Part shown: positions 50,431 to 64,000 of the stretch, in pieces
How the letters are laid out: the number at the start of each line of letters is the position of its first letter
Position numbering within the stretch: position 1 is the first letter of the stretch
Origin: Marsupella aquatica
Taxonomy: Eukaryota > Plantae > Marchantiophyta
Length of the DNA: 64,000 nucleotides
Reading direction: 5' to 3'
Assembly (NCBI GenBank): GCA_973895155.1
Contig: OZ316894.1
Coordinates: 3,496,944-3,560,943 of the forward strand
Program-made: the position numbers and the translations under genes
The notes under the pieces: generated by a model
Seen by the model: the letters and a program-made list of their open reading frames with translations, nothing else
What the model was told of the DNA's origin: nothing
Database searches by the model: none

Positions 50431-53400
50431 TTAGTGAATTCTGTTCATCGTGTCAAACCGTTTCATCCTCTTGACCTTGGATGAAGTTGAGGCATTTCCT
50501 CCTCGAGCTTGTCTATCTCTGCTGGCTCTCCATGCCTTCTGTATCCGAATCGCTGCTAGTGACCGCCAGTATAGTGATAAGTACCTGCCAGGACAGACCC
50601 CATGCATCCCTGGTGAGCCTTTCCGATTTAATGGTTGAGAAACCCAGCCTTACTGTGTACTCCGGCACTCCCAACTTCAAAGTCCATTTTGAAGAAAAGC
50701 GTGTCCAGTATCCAGGCTCACTCAAACATAAAGATGACATAAGATTAAAGCACAGATTTATATCCAATTTCAAATTCCTCACTAGATACAAAGATGACAT
50801 CATATAAACTAAAGCACAAATTTATATCCAATTTCAACTTCGTCATAAAAATTTCCAAATTGGATATGAATCTGTGCTTTAGTTTATCGGAAAGTTGCCT
50901 GGATCTGATGTCATCTTTACAGTAGCTATACCAAATCCAATCAACTAAAGCACACGTTTTATATCCCATGCCTACAGATCCTGTATAGTTACAGCAAAAC
51001 CAATGCTCCCTAAAAGACTCTTAAGACAAAAAAGGAAGGGGCATTCCTAAATTTTTAACATAACTCAAATGGGACTTTAGAATTCGGATGGAGGGAGTAG
51101 ATCAAACAGTTTAGATGAATATATCTTCAACGGGCAAGCAACGAGACCTGCAATCAGAGGGGCTGACTTACCGTATTACCCCCTGTACTCTAGGAGATCT
51201 GAAAGCAGGCTTGTAGTGATTTGTAATGTACTCCAGTGCCGCAGAATCTAGAGAAAACGCCTCCACACTGCTCAAGCACTTGACTGTTCTACTAGACAGT
51301 GGATGCTTCGCACGTTGGTGTTTGCTCATAGTCTTCTTTGAATCTGTAGGAAAAGCAAAGCCAACGTGAGAACTTCGTGGACATGAGAAACAATCCACAC
51401 AGCTTGGAGGCTATTGATATCAGAACCACTTGCAAGTGCAGATTGACCCTCTCCTTTTCTATACCTTACACGAGCCTTTAGCACTAGATTCTCTTGGTGG
51501 TTGCGCAAATTTAGACGTATGGCAGTGCGATAGAGTTTAACGTCTAATTAACCACTCCCCTAAACTCCGAAGAACCACTTTTTCCATAAGCTTTACAATT
51601 CTCCATAGACATTTGTGTCCAAACTAGTTCGAGAGGGTATGGTGAAATCAGATGAGCCCTCTGTTTAACAATGGTTCCTCCATTATGCTTCAGGTATGAC
51701 GATGGCATTATTTTTTCTCAGTGACTGAGCAATTAGAGCGATGACCAAGGAAATAGACTTACCGCTGACACCCGTTCTATCGATGTACCATGAAAGCAAC
51801 TCTTCTCCACAAAAGTCCCCCTCCTTAAGAGGTACCGTGCTGCCATCTTCTCCAATGCTTTCTAAATTTCCACGGACAATAAAGAGCATGCGTTCCACAG
51901 GTTTCTTCTCCCGGAAGATCTCACTATTTTCTATGTAAAGCTTCTGATAGAGGTTCTCGCAAATGGCGTCCAGGACGTGCTCTTCCAGCAGCTCAAACAA
52001 ACGCACCTGCTCAAGAACCGGCAATTAGAGGTTGCGTTGGTCCACTCGGTAAAGTTCATGTTGCACAAGATGGACAAAATGTCAATGCCGAAGAAACAGT
52101 ACCAAACCGAAACACTTAACGATTGGAAGAACTTTTAAAAAATTAAAAAATTAGTTACGGTACCTTTTTGACCAATTCGAGACACAGGTACCGCTGAATG
52201 TCTTTCTGTAAGTCTTCAGGCAAGTGACCCATAAGCTCTCGTTCTTCGACACCCCCTGTTGCCACCCATTTGAACCGACCAGCTTCCTTCACTCTCCTGC
52301 AATCACAGAAATGCATAGTTATAGGAAAGATATAAAAGACGTACTTATAAGCTATGGATTCCACATGTCTCCCAATTACATCTGTGGATCATCATCTTCT
52401 CTGAGATACGCGACCCTCCACAAAGTAGAAGCAAGAAGACTAACCAAACCATACGAAATACTATAAATTGCCAATTGCGAAGGCAACGACATGCAATCAT
52501 CAAAATTTCAGTTCCGTGGATGTAGAAAGAATCGCGACAACTTGTTGAAGAAACGACACATGCTTACATTATTTACTGTTTGAACAACTACCATATCAAA
52601 CATGAGCCAGCAAGCAAAACTTGACTGAAACCCCCACGGCTGCCTCATTTGACTCTATTACATCAGTATAAAGAGCAACTCGATAAGACCATGAAGGTTC
52701 CATCAATTTGATCTCATCCTCATCATCTCGTCTTAGAGGAATTTCAAGAAACTCCCTAGGCTTCTCTTCTGATTGCATGGATTGCTCTATATATACGGTG
52801 TTCTGATAAAACAACCAAGACTTTGACAATGGTCTGATCTTCGATTAATTTTGAGACTTACTTCCGCAAGCTTTGTGGTAGCCGACGCTGTCTCATCCAA
52901 GCCTCCGTATCATACCTCTTGAGTTGCATGTCCAGCTTCCTGCAAACAAATTTGTTGTCTACCATTTAGATACGTCCATCAATTAAAAAATCCTTTGGTC
53001 ACATTCTGCTCATTCTGGTTCGCAGGGCCGCTAGCCACGAATTGCAAAGAGCACCCACACACTGAAACTGCATCACTAGTGCTCTCGCTGCTTTTACAAG
53101 AATGAAGAATTCCTTCACCTTTTTGGTTATCATCCATGACAGTAGCTAGAGAAAGAAACAATTCAGGAGTGACTGCAATAGCATATTGCTTTGAGTGAGA
53201 TAGAGAAAGTACCTTCGTTGGAGGGCCTGTAAAAAGTTTTGAATGTTGCCGATAAGAAGAGCAAACAGCAGAAGACCCAATGCCACAATACCAAAGGTGA
53301 AGACCACCTCCCAAACAAATGTACTTGGCATCTGATTACCTGCCAAGGTACTGATTTGCTGCCAAGAGGGAACATTTCTGAGTTATGATCTCAGAATTTT

Positions 53401-56093
53401 TTCACAATTACATAAATGGGGGTTTTTACAGAGAAGAAAACAAACAAAAAAGGGACTGTCTCCAGGCTTACCTGGAAGCCCCAGAATAAGGAGTATATGT
53501 ACTTGTTGATGGTCGAAGTCTGAGTGAACACTGGGAGTCCCAGCGCATATATCCCATACGGAAAATTAGGTTGAACGTTTATCGGTGGGAGGCAATTGGT
53601 ACCAACCGATGTATTCCTCTTCCATAATTGATAACTTGGATCACTCAACAATGAAATAGGGCCTTCACCGCCTCCACCGCAATCAAGAAATTTGATGTTG
53701 CATTTAAAAGACTGCCCACTCGACTCATTATCACAAAATCTCTGCAGGCAGGTATTGACACGCTGCATAAACAAGGACAGTGCAATGGGTAAGAGCCGAG
53801 GAGGCTTGGTGTAAATCTTCAGTATGTCCTAAGTTGACATGGCATGAAACACAGAAGTAAACAACCCCGAGTGAGTGCATGGACAATCTCCTCCAGATCC
53901 CTGACACCTCAGCCGACAAAAGATTGCCAACTATTTAGCCTGGATATGATGCACCTTTGGAGATACTGGAAATAAAAAGTTGACAAACGTAAAGTATTCC
54001 AGTCTGCCTCAAAAATCGAACGGATCAAAGTCTTATCCTACCTGAAGACCAAATAGGTACCAGCAAGAGCCCACAATATGTCCAGCCAGCAGGTACATAA
54101 GCAAGTTGATGACGAAATTGGACCAGGCAGTCTCAAAGACGAACCCACTGGGGGTCCGCCCAATTAGGAGCGGGAAGAAGCGGATACTTCGGGGTATGTT
54201 CTGAGCAAGGACCACAACCCGCAACACGTCCTTGGCGTAATTTGCTCCCTCATCCTTCGACAACGCCGATTTCACCACTGTCCAGATCAAAATCTGCACC
54301 CATAGATGCATTTAGAAATAATATGGTGGAAGCAATGCTCACGTTACTACACTCCAGTCTCAAATTAAATATTATGTACACCAGCAGGGGGTGAAAATTC
54401 ACAAAGGCTCAACGTCCATACCTGGGGTAAAGGCAAAGCAGTAAATAGATCCAGTAGGAACCAGGTCTTTAGATAATGCATCGCTATCTTTTTGGGATTA
54501 TCTTCGAGCTCACCAGGCCCGCGTACTTTTGAATCAGGTCTGACGTATGCCAACCGGAACTGATTGACAAGTCATCCAGTAGCTTAATAAACACCAAGCT
54601 TATCAATTGACGTGACGACAACCACGTTGATGTGATAACAACAAATTCTTTTAGTTGCGAAAAACAAAGCAAAACAGTATCGCCATGAAACATCGGAATT
54701 TTAAACAGGGCACAACTTATTGACACCAGCGTGAATAATAACGACTGATCAATGCACTAGGTACATTAGAAATCAGTGAGTGCCAATTGAATGGAATACT
54801 ACACTAGTGAGACTGTGAGTAATGGGCCAATCCAGAAAAAGAATCTCACACCGATATCTACTAAGGCAATCAACTCGCGACGCTCCGGCTAGATTTCTTC
54901 CCTCGTGAAACCAAAGTTTTCATTGACAAGATTGCCATACCTGTAAGCAGATGTGAAATGCATGAATTGCATCTGTGAAACTCCTGACCACTGTGACTGC
55001 CACTGCGGCAGTGTTGTTGAAAACCAGGCAGAAATTAACCTGTTTGACGAAGATAGACGGAAAAGAACATGAGAAAGCTAAAACTGAAGAGACAATTCAA
55101 AACATTGTCTGGTTGCATATTACACCTCGCAGATCAGACTCATCAGAATGGGAAGGAATAAAAAGAAAACAAACGGCGGAAGTAAGAGTTCGACGAAGGT
55201 TCGTCCCAAGTCAACCATGTAGTCTTCGCTATTCGTGGGAAGGAGTAGATAATGTACTACAATGTGCTGATTGGTGAAGTTGAAGGCCTTTGAAAATTAC
55301 CGCATCAACGGAGAGGAGGAAAAAGAACAACGGATCAATAAAAACTGCGATCAGTGAGCTGATGCAGAAAATCTTGTTCCACTGATTCACAACTTTTGTA
55401 TGAGGATTGAAGATCCCAGGCATCCAACTTCTGCCCCAACTTGCAGCTTTACTGCCAAATACAGTTGCTCTTCCCAGAAGTACATGCCTATGCTTCAACT
55501 GCCATGACAAAGTCGTACATTGAGTAAAATGCTACATCAGACAGGATAGTCAAAACTAAATTACCCTGCTGTCCCAACGCAATTATTGCAAACACAAATC
55601 TAGTCCATTCCTGCCATGGAAAATGGACTCGAGCAAAAACAGTAGTAGATTGCAGATAGACAAGATACTTTCACATGGTCACAACATGACAGCACTTCGC
55701 ACATGGTGTTACTGTTCGGGAGTAATGAAGGAGTCAAGAACCACGGGTTTGTAAGATACTTACTTCAGCAGATCCCAAGCGAGAAGGGTTTTCTGAATAT
55801 CCAAAATAGGATGGACAAGTAGTGCAAAACGGATCGCTACATTTTCCCATAGGCCCCGATCTCATCAGATGCTCATGTTTACCAAACTCTTGAGTACGTC
55901 CAACTTCTTTTACACCAACAGACGCACCGGTATTCCCATACAGCTGGGTCATATCCTCATCCTCGGTTATTTTTAGGCTGAAATCATTACCAGCCTCAAG
56001 TGCAGACATTTCCACTGATCGAATTGAAAAATCCTCATCTTGGAGCATTGGTATTTGATCCACTTTTACATGCTTTTTTGCAAGTACCCCCAT
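50431..56093 (-). CDS. CNGC: Cyclic nucleotide-gated ion channel, group IV-A (CNGC19/20-like), ~744 aa; exons 56093-55764, 55498-55301, 55039-54941, 54559-54422, 54293-54042, 53762-53472, 53358-53213, 52939-52862, 52296-52164, 52006-51763, 51343-51172, 50584-50431
   Basis: N-terminal RSGPMGKCSDPFCTTCPSY and FETAWSNFVINLL..AGHIVGSCWYLFGLQ are present. The pore reads FWGFQQISTLAGNQ (AGN filter), the CNBD reads LKEGDFCGEELLSW and the IQ motif reads YWRSLAAIRIQKAWR. Twelve exons sum to 2235 nt. Confidence 0.95.
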
Positions 56094-59000
56094 CTTGTTA
56101 AATTCTGCAAGTAAAAAACAACAGTACTTGAACAAATCGCTTCAGTGTATACGTCTGCTGATCATCACTTCAACTGAATAATCAACAGCGATTACGTCCT
56201 TCTCGAGTCTCCCAGATTTGTGGGAACAAGGTTTGAAACGGGTGCCCAAGACGACTTGCTCTAGAAAGTTCTCATTGGAAATCAAAGTAGATATTAGAAT
56301 GATCCTGCCACAAAGATAAGGTGCAGTGAGCGCTTCAGAGTGATTTAAAGAAAGAGAGCACCACTGCCTTATGAGCTTTCCTGTGAACTTTTGCCATACA
56401 ACCCGTTCAATGGAGAAGGCCACATTCTAAGTTACTGGGTCTGCGACTTTCACCTGTTTCTTGATCTCCAAGACTACGAGGTGAGATCAAAGACTGCACA
56501 CGATATTCACGATTTTAGTTGAGTGACTAATCTGTATGTTCCTTGTCCACATTACTATAGCGGATAGAAAGGAAGATGATCGACGCTTCCCCTGGCAAAT
56601 TCGTTCATAAAGTTCGATAGAAAGCACCCAACGGAGACACACATACGTTACAGCCAGTCTTTGATGCAATTTAACATAATCTGTTTGCCGGATTTTCACT
56701 CCACTCCCAAGGGGTTTCGACCGAAGGTGCAAAGCTGGTACACTTGCGTTATCCACTCAACTTGCTGAAGATAAACTGTCTGGAACATATTCTCAAACCT
56801 TACTGCTATTGACAGCGATGTTGCTTTCTCGTCCAGTTTCTAAGGATTTTCTCTTCTCCTCCTAGGCACTCCACCACCGCAATTTGAAGTCCCCATAGTT
56901 CAGCGAATGAGGGTACAATCACAAACAGAGCACACAATAGATGGAGCGAAAGATACCTTTGGGCGAAATTCAGAACTTTCCTCCTCGGCGACGAATCTCC
57001 TTCGATGCCTAATCTAAAAACTGGTTTCGCCACCTGATTGTGTCTAATGAATTTTCTGCCGTTCCTGCTGCTCACTGGGGATTCATCCAAGTCCCTCCCT
57101 CCCCTGGAATCCGAAACCTTTGCCTCCAGCAAGCACTGCTCTTCCATCAGCTGACAACGAAATGCCTGATTCATGCAAGTTCCCGTCGAAACGAGACCCT
57201 TGCCTGCTCAGACTGCTCTTTGGCCACTAGGATGCTCCCCGCCAATTGTCAAAGCTACGAAGCCTCCGCTCCGCTGCTCATGAAAACATTCAAGTCAGCC
57301 ACCGGCGCTTCTGCTAGAAGTTATCGTCGTCTCGCGCTCATTGGGATGGAGAGCGTAGTTGCAGAGCAGGGCTCTCCACATCCTCTCGTACGAGAATGAA
57401 TGGTAGGACGATTTCTGAAGTTAGACGGTACATCACTGCGACACGAGGACTACGAGAAAAAGGTTGGCCTCATCACTCCTAAGAGAACAAGTACTCTGTC
57501 ACAAACGAGCTGACCGATTCTCCCTCCTCGGCAGCCAAAGTACAGACACGGAGCTTGCAACGTCCGATGATGGCTCCTGCCTGCTGCTAGGTGTGCAAGC
57601 GATGTGGTAAGCACGGCAGCAGGTAATGAGTTTCCCCCTTTGCACAGATATGCCTCCCTCAAGTGTGATCTGCTCCTGTGAGTCAATCAATTAAAAAATG
57701 ATACGTGAGGATGACTTTCATCAAAGGGAAACGACCAAAGAATTAAGTCCGACCCAGCATCTGGAGAGGAAGCTCAAGTGAGTGACTCGTGCTGACAGCA
57801 CCATCAACGAAATATTAAACAAAGCACACTTCCAGGTGAAACCAAGCAAGAGTCCCTCAAACAGATGTCTCTCCTTCAAGCCTTCTGATTACGGTCCACC
57901 GATTTGCGTCTACACTTCGGACCCTCACAAAATACTCATAACTGAAGTAATCGACGGCAATCCAAAGTGAGGTTTACATGTGCATGCCTCGGCCAAGAGC
58001 ATGGATGCCAGACAGACAGCATTCCGGGTACCGCTTGTGGAATGTTCAGGAATCTATAACCTCTACAGCTTTCCTTCGTCACCTTCCACACTATCCATTC
58101 AAGAGCATATCTAACGAGGATACGCACCAGGGAGTGCCCACAAGGATGAAGAGCGTATCTTTCGAATTACGATGATGAGCACAATTTCTGCCTCAGCACA
58201 ATTTGATCCGCTAGTACTCTGCAGTGAAGTAGCTGCCAGAACGGAGACTAATCTACCAAGTAACTCTCCGTGAACCAAACGACCCACCAATCTCCCTTTG
58301 CTACCACTCCGCGGCAGGTAAATTGAAGAAGCTCAAAGGAAGCGTCTGCCGGGTGAAGAAAATCAATCAACCAGAGCAACGTCCAAGTCTAGTCCAGTTG
58401 AGAGTCCTATGCTCATTGATACAAAACCCCGCTACAGCATCTCTAAACCCCCCGCCATCAACCAACAACGTTGCAAAACAATCCAGATAGCTGTAACCAC
58501 CGCATCATGCTCGTTCCAACCTACTGTACACTAGCTGCCTCTGCTCCAACATCCCGATCGCCGAATTCCCGTCCTAGAGAAGAGTTCTAATGGTGGCTTT
58601 CCAAGAATAATCAATCAAACTTTTGTAGTTCCCGAATCCTCCGTCCTGAGCTTGCGCCTCCCAATCCTCTAAACACCAATGGGCTGCACGGCAAGAAAGA
58701 CAAGTCCACGAGACCGGCGAGCTCCGTGCCTGCACAAGAGCCAAGGAGCTCCCTATGTGCCCGCTGAGTACTACTGTACAGCGTCTTTTGTGGGTGGCTG
58801 GTAGCTCCCTCATTACCATGAATCTTCCTCACAGTTTACTCTTGCTACAAAGTCATCAACCAGTCAAATAGAAAATTCATAAACAGCTTCAACGTACTGC
58901 ACGTGTTGCCATACCTCCCACTCTGTTGCCTTCAAGTTTTTTCACCTACGTTACACGAAGAGATTGGGCAGCTCAAGGCCTCCGACTCTCACTTTGTAGC

Positions 59001-59390
59001 GATCTCGAGGAAACCAAAAATCGGGGCCCTCCCGAATGGTGCCGTCGATCAGATGGAGGAAAGGAAAACACACAGGGTGCGAAGATCAATGGAGGTCCGA
59101 AGTGAATTCTGAGAGCAGTGTTGACTCGACAAGAGAGAGCCTCCTCTAGTCCTCTCCCCACTGCTGTTTGTCTCTTCGTGGAGACAATGATATGGGACCG
59201 AGTCAGGAATCGACTTTACAGCAAATTATTTGTGTACCAGTCATTCACATAGCGTTGAGATCTAATCGAATACGACCGTTCTTCAAGTCCCACTTTTGGG
59301 ATGCATAGAGACGATGACGTCAACGACCTGGGACGACCCCACCAAACAGGAGTATCAAGAGTTTATATTCTAGGTTAGGAGCACCTTACT

Positions 59391-59719
59391 AGGGCGTCTC
59401 AAATATGTGAATTTTGCAACAATGATCACTCCCTAAGACTGTCCCGGGTCGGGCACCGAATGTTGCTCCCGACCAGTCACGCCCGAGATTTAGTGACCGA
59501 TAGGAAAGGCTGGCAAAACCGTGCAGACTACCTCACGACTCTGTGTTTTGTCCCCAAAGGTCGAGAGTCAGGCTTACAAGTGTCCGATGCGAGTGCCACG
59601 ACTCCAATCAATGTTGACTACCCCCCAAAAAAATAGCCCAGGTGTACCCACTTTTGGTGCGCATGAGATTCGTGGGCCACCCATGAGGTCATTTTTTTTC
59701 CCCATATTTGAGATACCCT
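59391..59719. mobile_element. Tourist/PIF-Harbinger-like MITE upstream of the CNGC gene
   Basis: The ends read AGGGCGTCTCAAATATG ... CATATTTGAGATACCCT, the same TIR family as 3965-4238. The TSD is imperfect. Confidence 0.7.
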
Positions 59720-59819
59720 ATATAGCATGCTCATCTTGGAACATGCTTTATTTTTTGTCTTGTAGTGATATTAAGTGGACAAAATTAAAACGTAAGACTA
59801 GAATACATATTAAATGTGA

Positions 59820-60000
59820 ATGAAATCAAATAATATAAATAAAATACATGCAATAAAAGCACATAGTGACCAATGGAAAGTACAATTTTATTACACAAAG
59901 TTGCTACCAGTTGTGCACAATGAAATCAAATAATATAAATAAAGCACATGCAATAAAAGTACATAGTGACCAATGGAAAGTACAATTTTATTACACAAAG
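59820..60000. repeat. ~100-bp tandem duplication
   Basis: TGAAATCAAATAATATAAATAAA..ACATGCAATAAAAG.ACATAGTGACCAATGGAAAGTACAATTTTATTACACAAAG occurs twice. Confidence 0.9.
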
Positions 60001-60899
60001 ATCCTACGAGTTGTGCACGTATTTCAGTGTGTCTTATTAATGACTCTTATTCAATAAAAACCATAAACTTAGGAAAGAAAGCCACAAGGGGAGCTTAAGA
60101 CAGGATGTGCTGACATTTCTTAGAATGATTCCTCTCACTCATGAGTATACTTAAAAGCGATAGAAAATGAAGCCCTTAGTTTCTCTCTAGGACTTAACAA
60201 AGATAGAAAATGAAGCCCTTAATTTCTGTCTAGGACTTAACAAAGTTTACAAATTATACAAATTAAGGGGGTTGCCAAAATAAATTCAAAACACTATAGA
60301 ATACCAAAAATTTAAAGGGGTCCAAAAATGAATTAAAAGTCTATGTGATACAAAGGATGCCCCTTGTTAAGGTATATTCAAATAAAAATTCATGATACAC
60401 AAATATGAATAAGACAAAACATGAGAGTTGGATTCACCATATATTCCCTACTAAGGACGTCCATTCTAAGTTTGGGCAGGATGGAGGTTGAAAGCTTGTG
60501 GGTCACCCTAACCTGTGCCACTAGAGTTGCTAGTAGGGGGTGATCAAAGATGCTCCAGGCACCCGAGCATGGACGTCCATTCTAGGTTTGGACTTGATGC
60601 AGGTTTTCCCCTAGCCCCTTCCCTTAATAAATACCAGTATGGTGTCAAAGATGCTCATGACACCCAACTATGGATTTCCATTTAAGGTTTGGATGGGATG
60701 AAAGCCGGAAACTTGCAGGTCACCCAGTGACATCTATCCTGCAAGATTTGTCTGTGGGATTTTCCTAACATCCTTTATGGGAGGATTAAAGGATGAGGGA
60801 TTAACATTCACTTGGCCCTTAACTAATACGGGTGAAGGGAAAGCTTAGATGTGCCACTTTGGAGTCTCCTGTTGGAAAATCTTATAGCTTAGTATGGAG

Positions 60900-61900
60900 G
60901 CTTTGTGTTATCTATTGAGCTATTTGCAGGACTCTAGTAAACTTTTCTCGGATAGCTCGAGTTAACCTCAGCAGGAACAAAACCGAGAGCAAAGATTAGC
61001 GGGAGAGGTGGAACAAGTAGGCCTGTCAAGGAGATTTAATGCGAGTAAACAGGAATTTTGTTAGCAAAGAGAGTGTTGTTAGTGAGACAGTAGCGGTTTT
61101 AATTGTTTTTTGCTTTTTGCTGCTTTTTATATTTTTGTGTTTTTTTATGACTCTGGATGGCTACCGAGTTTGCTAGCAAAAAGAGCATTCCCCAAAATGT
61201 ATGTTATCAACCAGGTTGTTGTTAGCAAGGCACTTGGATATAGAAAAATTAGGGGTTATGTGAAGAAAAATTTTGCTTGTGCAAGAATTGTTTTAGTGTT
61301 TCCTTGCATACTACAAGGACCCCTCGTCAAGCGGTTTGAGCCTTGGGAGTCAGAAAGAAGCGAGTAAGATTCTCCAAACTTCATAATATCGTAGACAGGT
61401 GTGGGCATATGAACTTGGTTCGGTTGGTTGGTCTGGTTGATGATTTTAGCATCCTTTCACCTTCTGTACAAACTACAGACAAAAGGGGTCGGGTCACCCT
61501 TCCAGGCAACCCATTTGAAACTCCAGACAAAAAAGGTTACCCCCCATTTAGGCCGTCATTTGTCCTTTTGGGACTTCTTGTGTACCTTTCTCACCATACC
61601 ATCAATCGCGAGGACTGGGCTCAATGCGTATGGAAGCTTGACAAAATGCTCAGATCTACCTCAGACCTAGGATGGATCTGGATGTCGAACAAAATGCTCA
61701 GATAGACGTAGACACTCGGATGGGCTGCAAGGAAATGATAAAATCTACTCCCATGATTCACGTATTCATCCATAAAGTCCATAATACAAATGAGTGCTGG
61801 AGCCTTTTTCAAGAATCTGTGCACTGACAAAATGTCCAAAAGTTTTTCGTGATACAAATCAGACATAAGAAGTTTTTCAAAAGTTTTTGAAAGTGGGCTA
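60900..61900 (+). mobile_element. Possible decayed LTR-retrotransposon gag remnant
   Basis: Fragmented ORFs include HKVHNTNECW (~61770-61800), which resembles the end of a gag zinc knuckle. No pol or paired LTRs were seen. Confidence 0.25.
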
Positions 61901-62574
61901 CTTGTCTGTGTTTTCTTGACTTTAAGACTAGGTCTATATTCTCATAAACCTGAACCAAAGGCTTACAAACTTTACAATAGGTTTGCATATGATCTAGGCT
62001 TTTGTGAATTCAATTGCAAGTATTGTTCACGGTTTGGGACATTTGAAAAAAGTGCTCAATTGGATCTTAATAAGAAACTAGAATACGACACCAATAAACC
62101 ACAGAATTTCTCTCATATAGATCAGTACTATTACTGCTTTTGTTCATAACTGGCTTGTAGGTCACATTTCACCTGGTCAGACTATTAATCAAAAAATCAT
62201 AACCAGCACTCGATTCCTTGGAGTCTGCTCAAAATTGCATTTCCCTTGCATGAGCAACATCTCCCTTGTCTCACAACTCTCCGCCCCAAGCTCTCTTTCT
62301 AATCTCAATCCTCACTGCCAACATGTTACTGATCCTCACATCTGGTCTTTGCAGAATTCTCTAATTGGCAGTAAAATATGTTTAGCTAACTTAAACAACC
62401 TGTAGAACAACTTCATATAGCAGCTTCAAAAATTTCACCATATAGCAGCTTCATACATAGAGTTCACAATGAGAAGATAACAGTACTAAAGTGACTCAAA
62501 ATAATCATAGGACAATACCACCTGAGGCGGTGGTCAGGTACGAGCAATCCTCAGATTCCACCTATCTGAAAAGC

Positions 62575-63505
62575 ATTTGCCACTTTTGGCAAAAATTGGA
62601 CAGTTTTGTTTCCTTCCAACAGTTTTCCACCTAGCATTAATCTGACAATTATCTTTATGTCTAGGGCGATCTAAAAATGATTATCATTAATATTTACCTT
62701 TCAAACTCCATACATTCCACCTCTCTAAAAGGTATCTGTCACTTTTGGCAAAAATTGGGTACTTTTTTGACACCAGTTTTCCACCTAGTCACATATACTA
62801 GACAATTATCTTTAAATCTAGAGAAATCTAACAAGATTATCCTTGAATCTGAGCTGATCCAAAGATGAAAAATTTATTTATTGTAATTATATACGACGAG
62901 AGTAGTATTATTTATATAATTACAAGAAATAGATTCTCTGATTCCACCTCTTTGAATTTTTTGGACACTTTTGACAAAAATTTGGGGGCTAAAAATTGGA
63001 TATATATTTTTTCCACCAGTTTTCCATCTAGACATAAATAGGACAACTACTGTATTCATCTAGGGAAAAATGATGCTCCCATGGATCACATTCCCCAAAA
63101 TTTGATTTTAATTGTAATAACTTGATGTTAGTAATTTCAAATATTATTTTAGTTTTGAATATATGCTAGAAGAGCAGATAAGCTACACTTCCATCAAAGT
63201 GAGATTGAATTTTTGGTCATTTATGTTGAGTTATTCATCAAGGAATGTGGAATGGTAAATACTATAAGATTAATTTTCATTGCATTAATATGAAATATTT
63301 GGCCTTGTGTTTTTTAAAGGTCTCTTGTCTATCTAGTGCCTTGCAGGCACAATTTATTTTTTAAGATCAAATTATGAGTCCAAAAATTTAAGTTTCATTG
63401 CATTAATATGAAATACTTGGCCTTGTGTTTTTTAAAGGTCTCTTGTTTCTCTAGTTGCCTCGCAGGTGCAATTTATCTTTTAAGGATCAAAATATAAGTC
63501 CAAAA
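62575..63505. repeat. Local direct repeats (3x CACTTTTGGCAAAAATTGG...CAGTTTTCCACCTAG; 2x ~118-bp TTCATTGCATTAATATGAAATA.TTGGCCTTGTG unit)
   Basis: The first motif lies at ~62580, 62740 and 62966. The second lies at ~63276 and 63394. Confidence 0.75.
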
Positions 63506-64000
63506 CTCCCATAAACCATCAAAATATCATTCACGTGAATATTGTGTGCAACACAGTGTTCTATCGAAGCTTCACTAAATCTAATGACAATCTAGGGGAA
63601 GACAATCTAAGAAATAGCAGCTTCATTATGATGAACTTGTAGCTTACCTACTTCTCTCAATTTTCCAAAATGTGATCAATGGGAGTTCCAAATACCAGCC
63701 TTGTCCATGGGGTTTCAGATTAGAAATCCTTAAATTTACAGTATAATAATCAGATTGGGAATGTCAAAGTTCTTTCCTAATACTTTGGTTAAGGTTTTAT
63801 TTAATGTTTTATTTTTTTGATGTACTATTTTTATGCAGTACTTATTTTGGTAGCTCATAATTCTTCTATCCAGTCTAAAAATGAATTTTATGTCGCGAGC
63901 AGTAAGTCAGGTACTTTGACACGCCCTCTTAGTCATCTTTTACACAAGGTGACGTTCCTGCCGCTAAAGCAACAGAAATCCTTAAAGATTACGCTGTCCA

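Noticed and set aside
50513-50803. ORF EPGYWTRF... as the last CNGC exon
   Set aside because: The correct terminal exon is in another frame (50584-50431) and encodes the YW...IQKAWR IQ motif in the right splice phase.

Overview
Eukaryotic, intron-rich land-plant DNA. Long 5' leaders and the protein sequences suggest a bryophyte such as a liverwort, but that is inference. Four intact multi-exon genes were reconstructed by hand from GT-AG splice sites, each keeping frame to its stop codon. They are a GPI-anchored GH17+X8 beta-1,3-glucanase-like protein lacking the catalytic nucleophile (+), a DHHC protein S-acyltransferase (+), a ~944-aa protein with a Crypton/DUF3504-like tyrosine-recombinase core (-), and a group IV-A-type cyclic-nucleotide-gated channel (-). 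Two decayed pseudogenes (RNA 3'-phosphate cyclase, DUF1350) lie tail-to-tail. Intergenic DNA holds a truncated PIF/Harbinger-like element with related MITEs, Mutator-type MITEs, tandem arrays, and a multi-kb colinear repeat lying upstream of two unrelated genes. The top candidate for novelty is the apparently domesticated Crypton-like recombinase gene. No database searches were run, so family calls rest on motif recognition.
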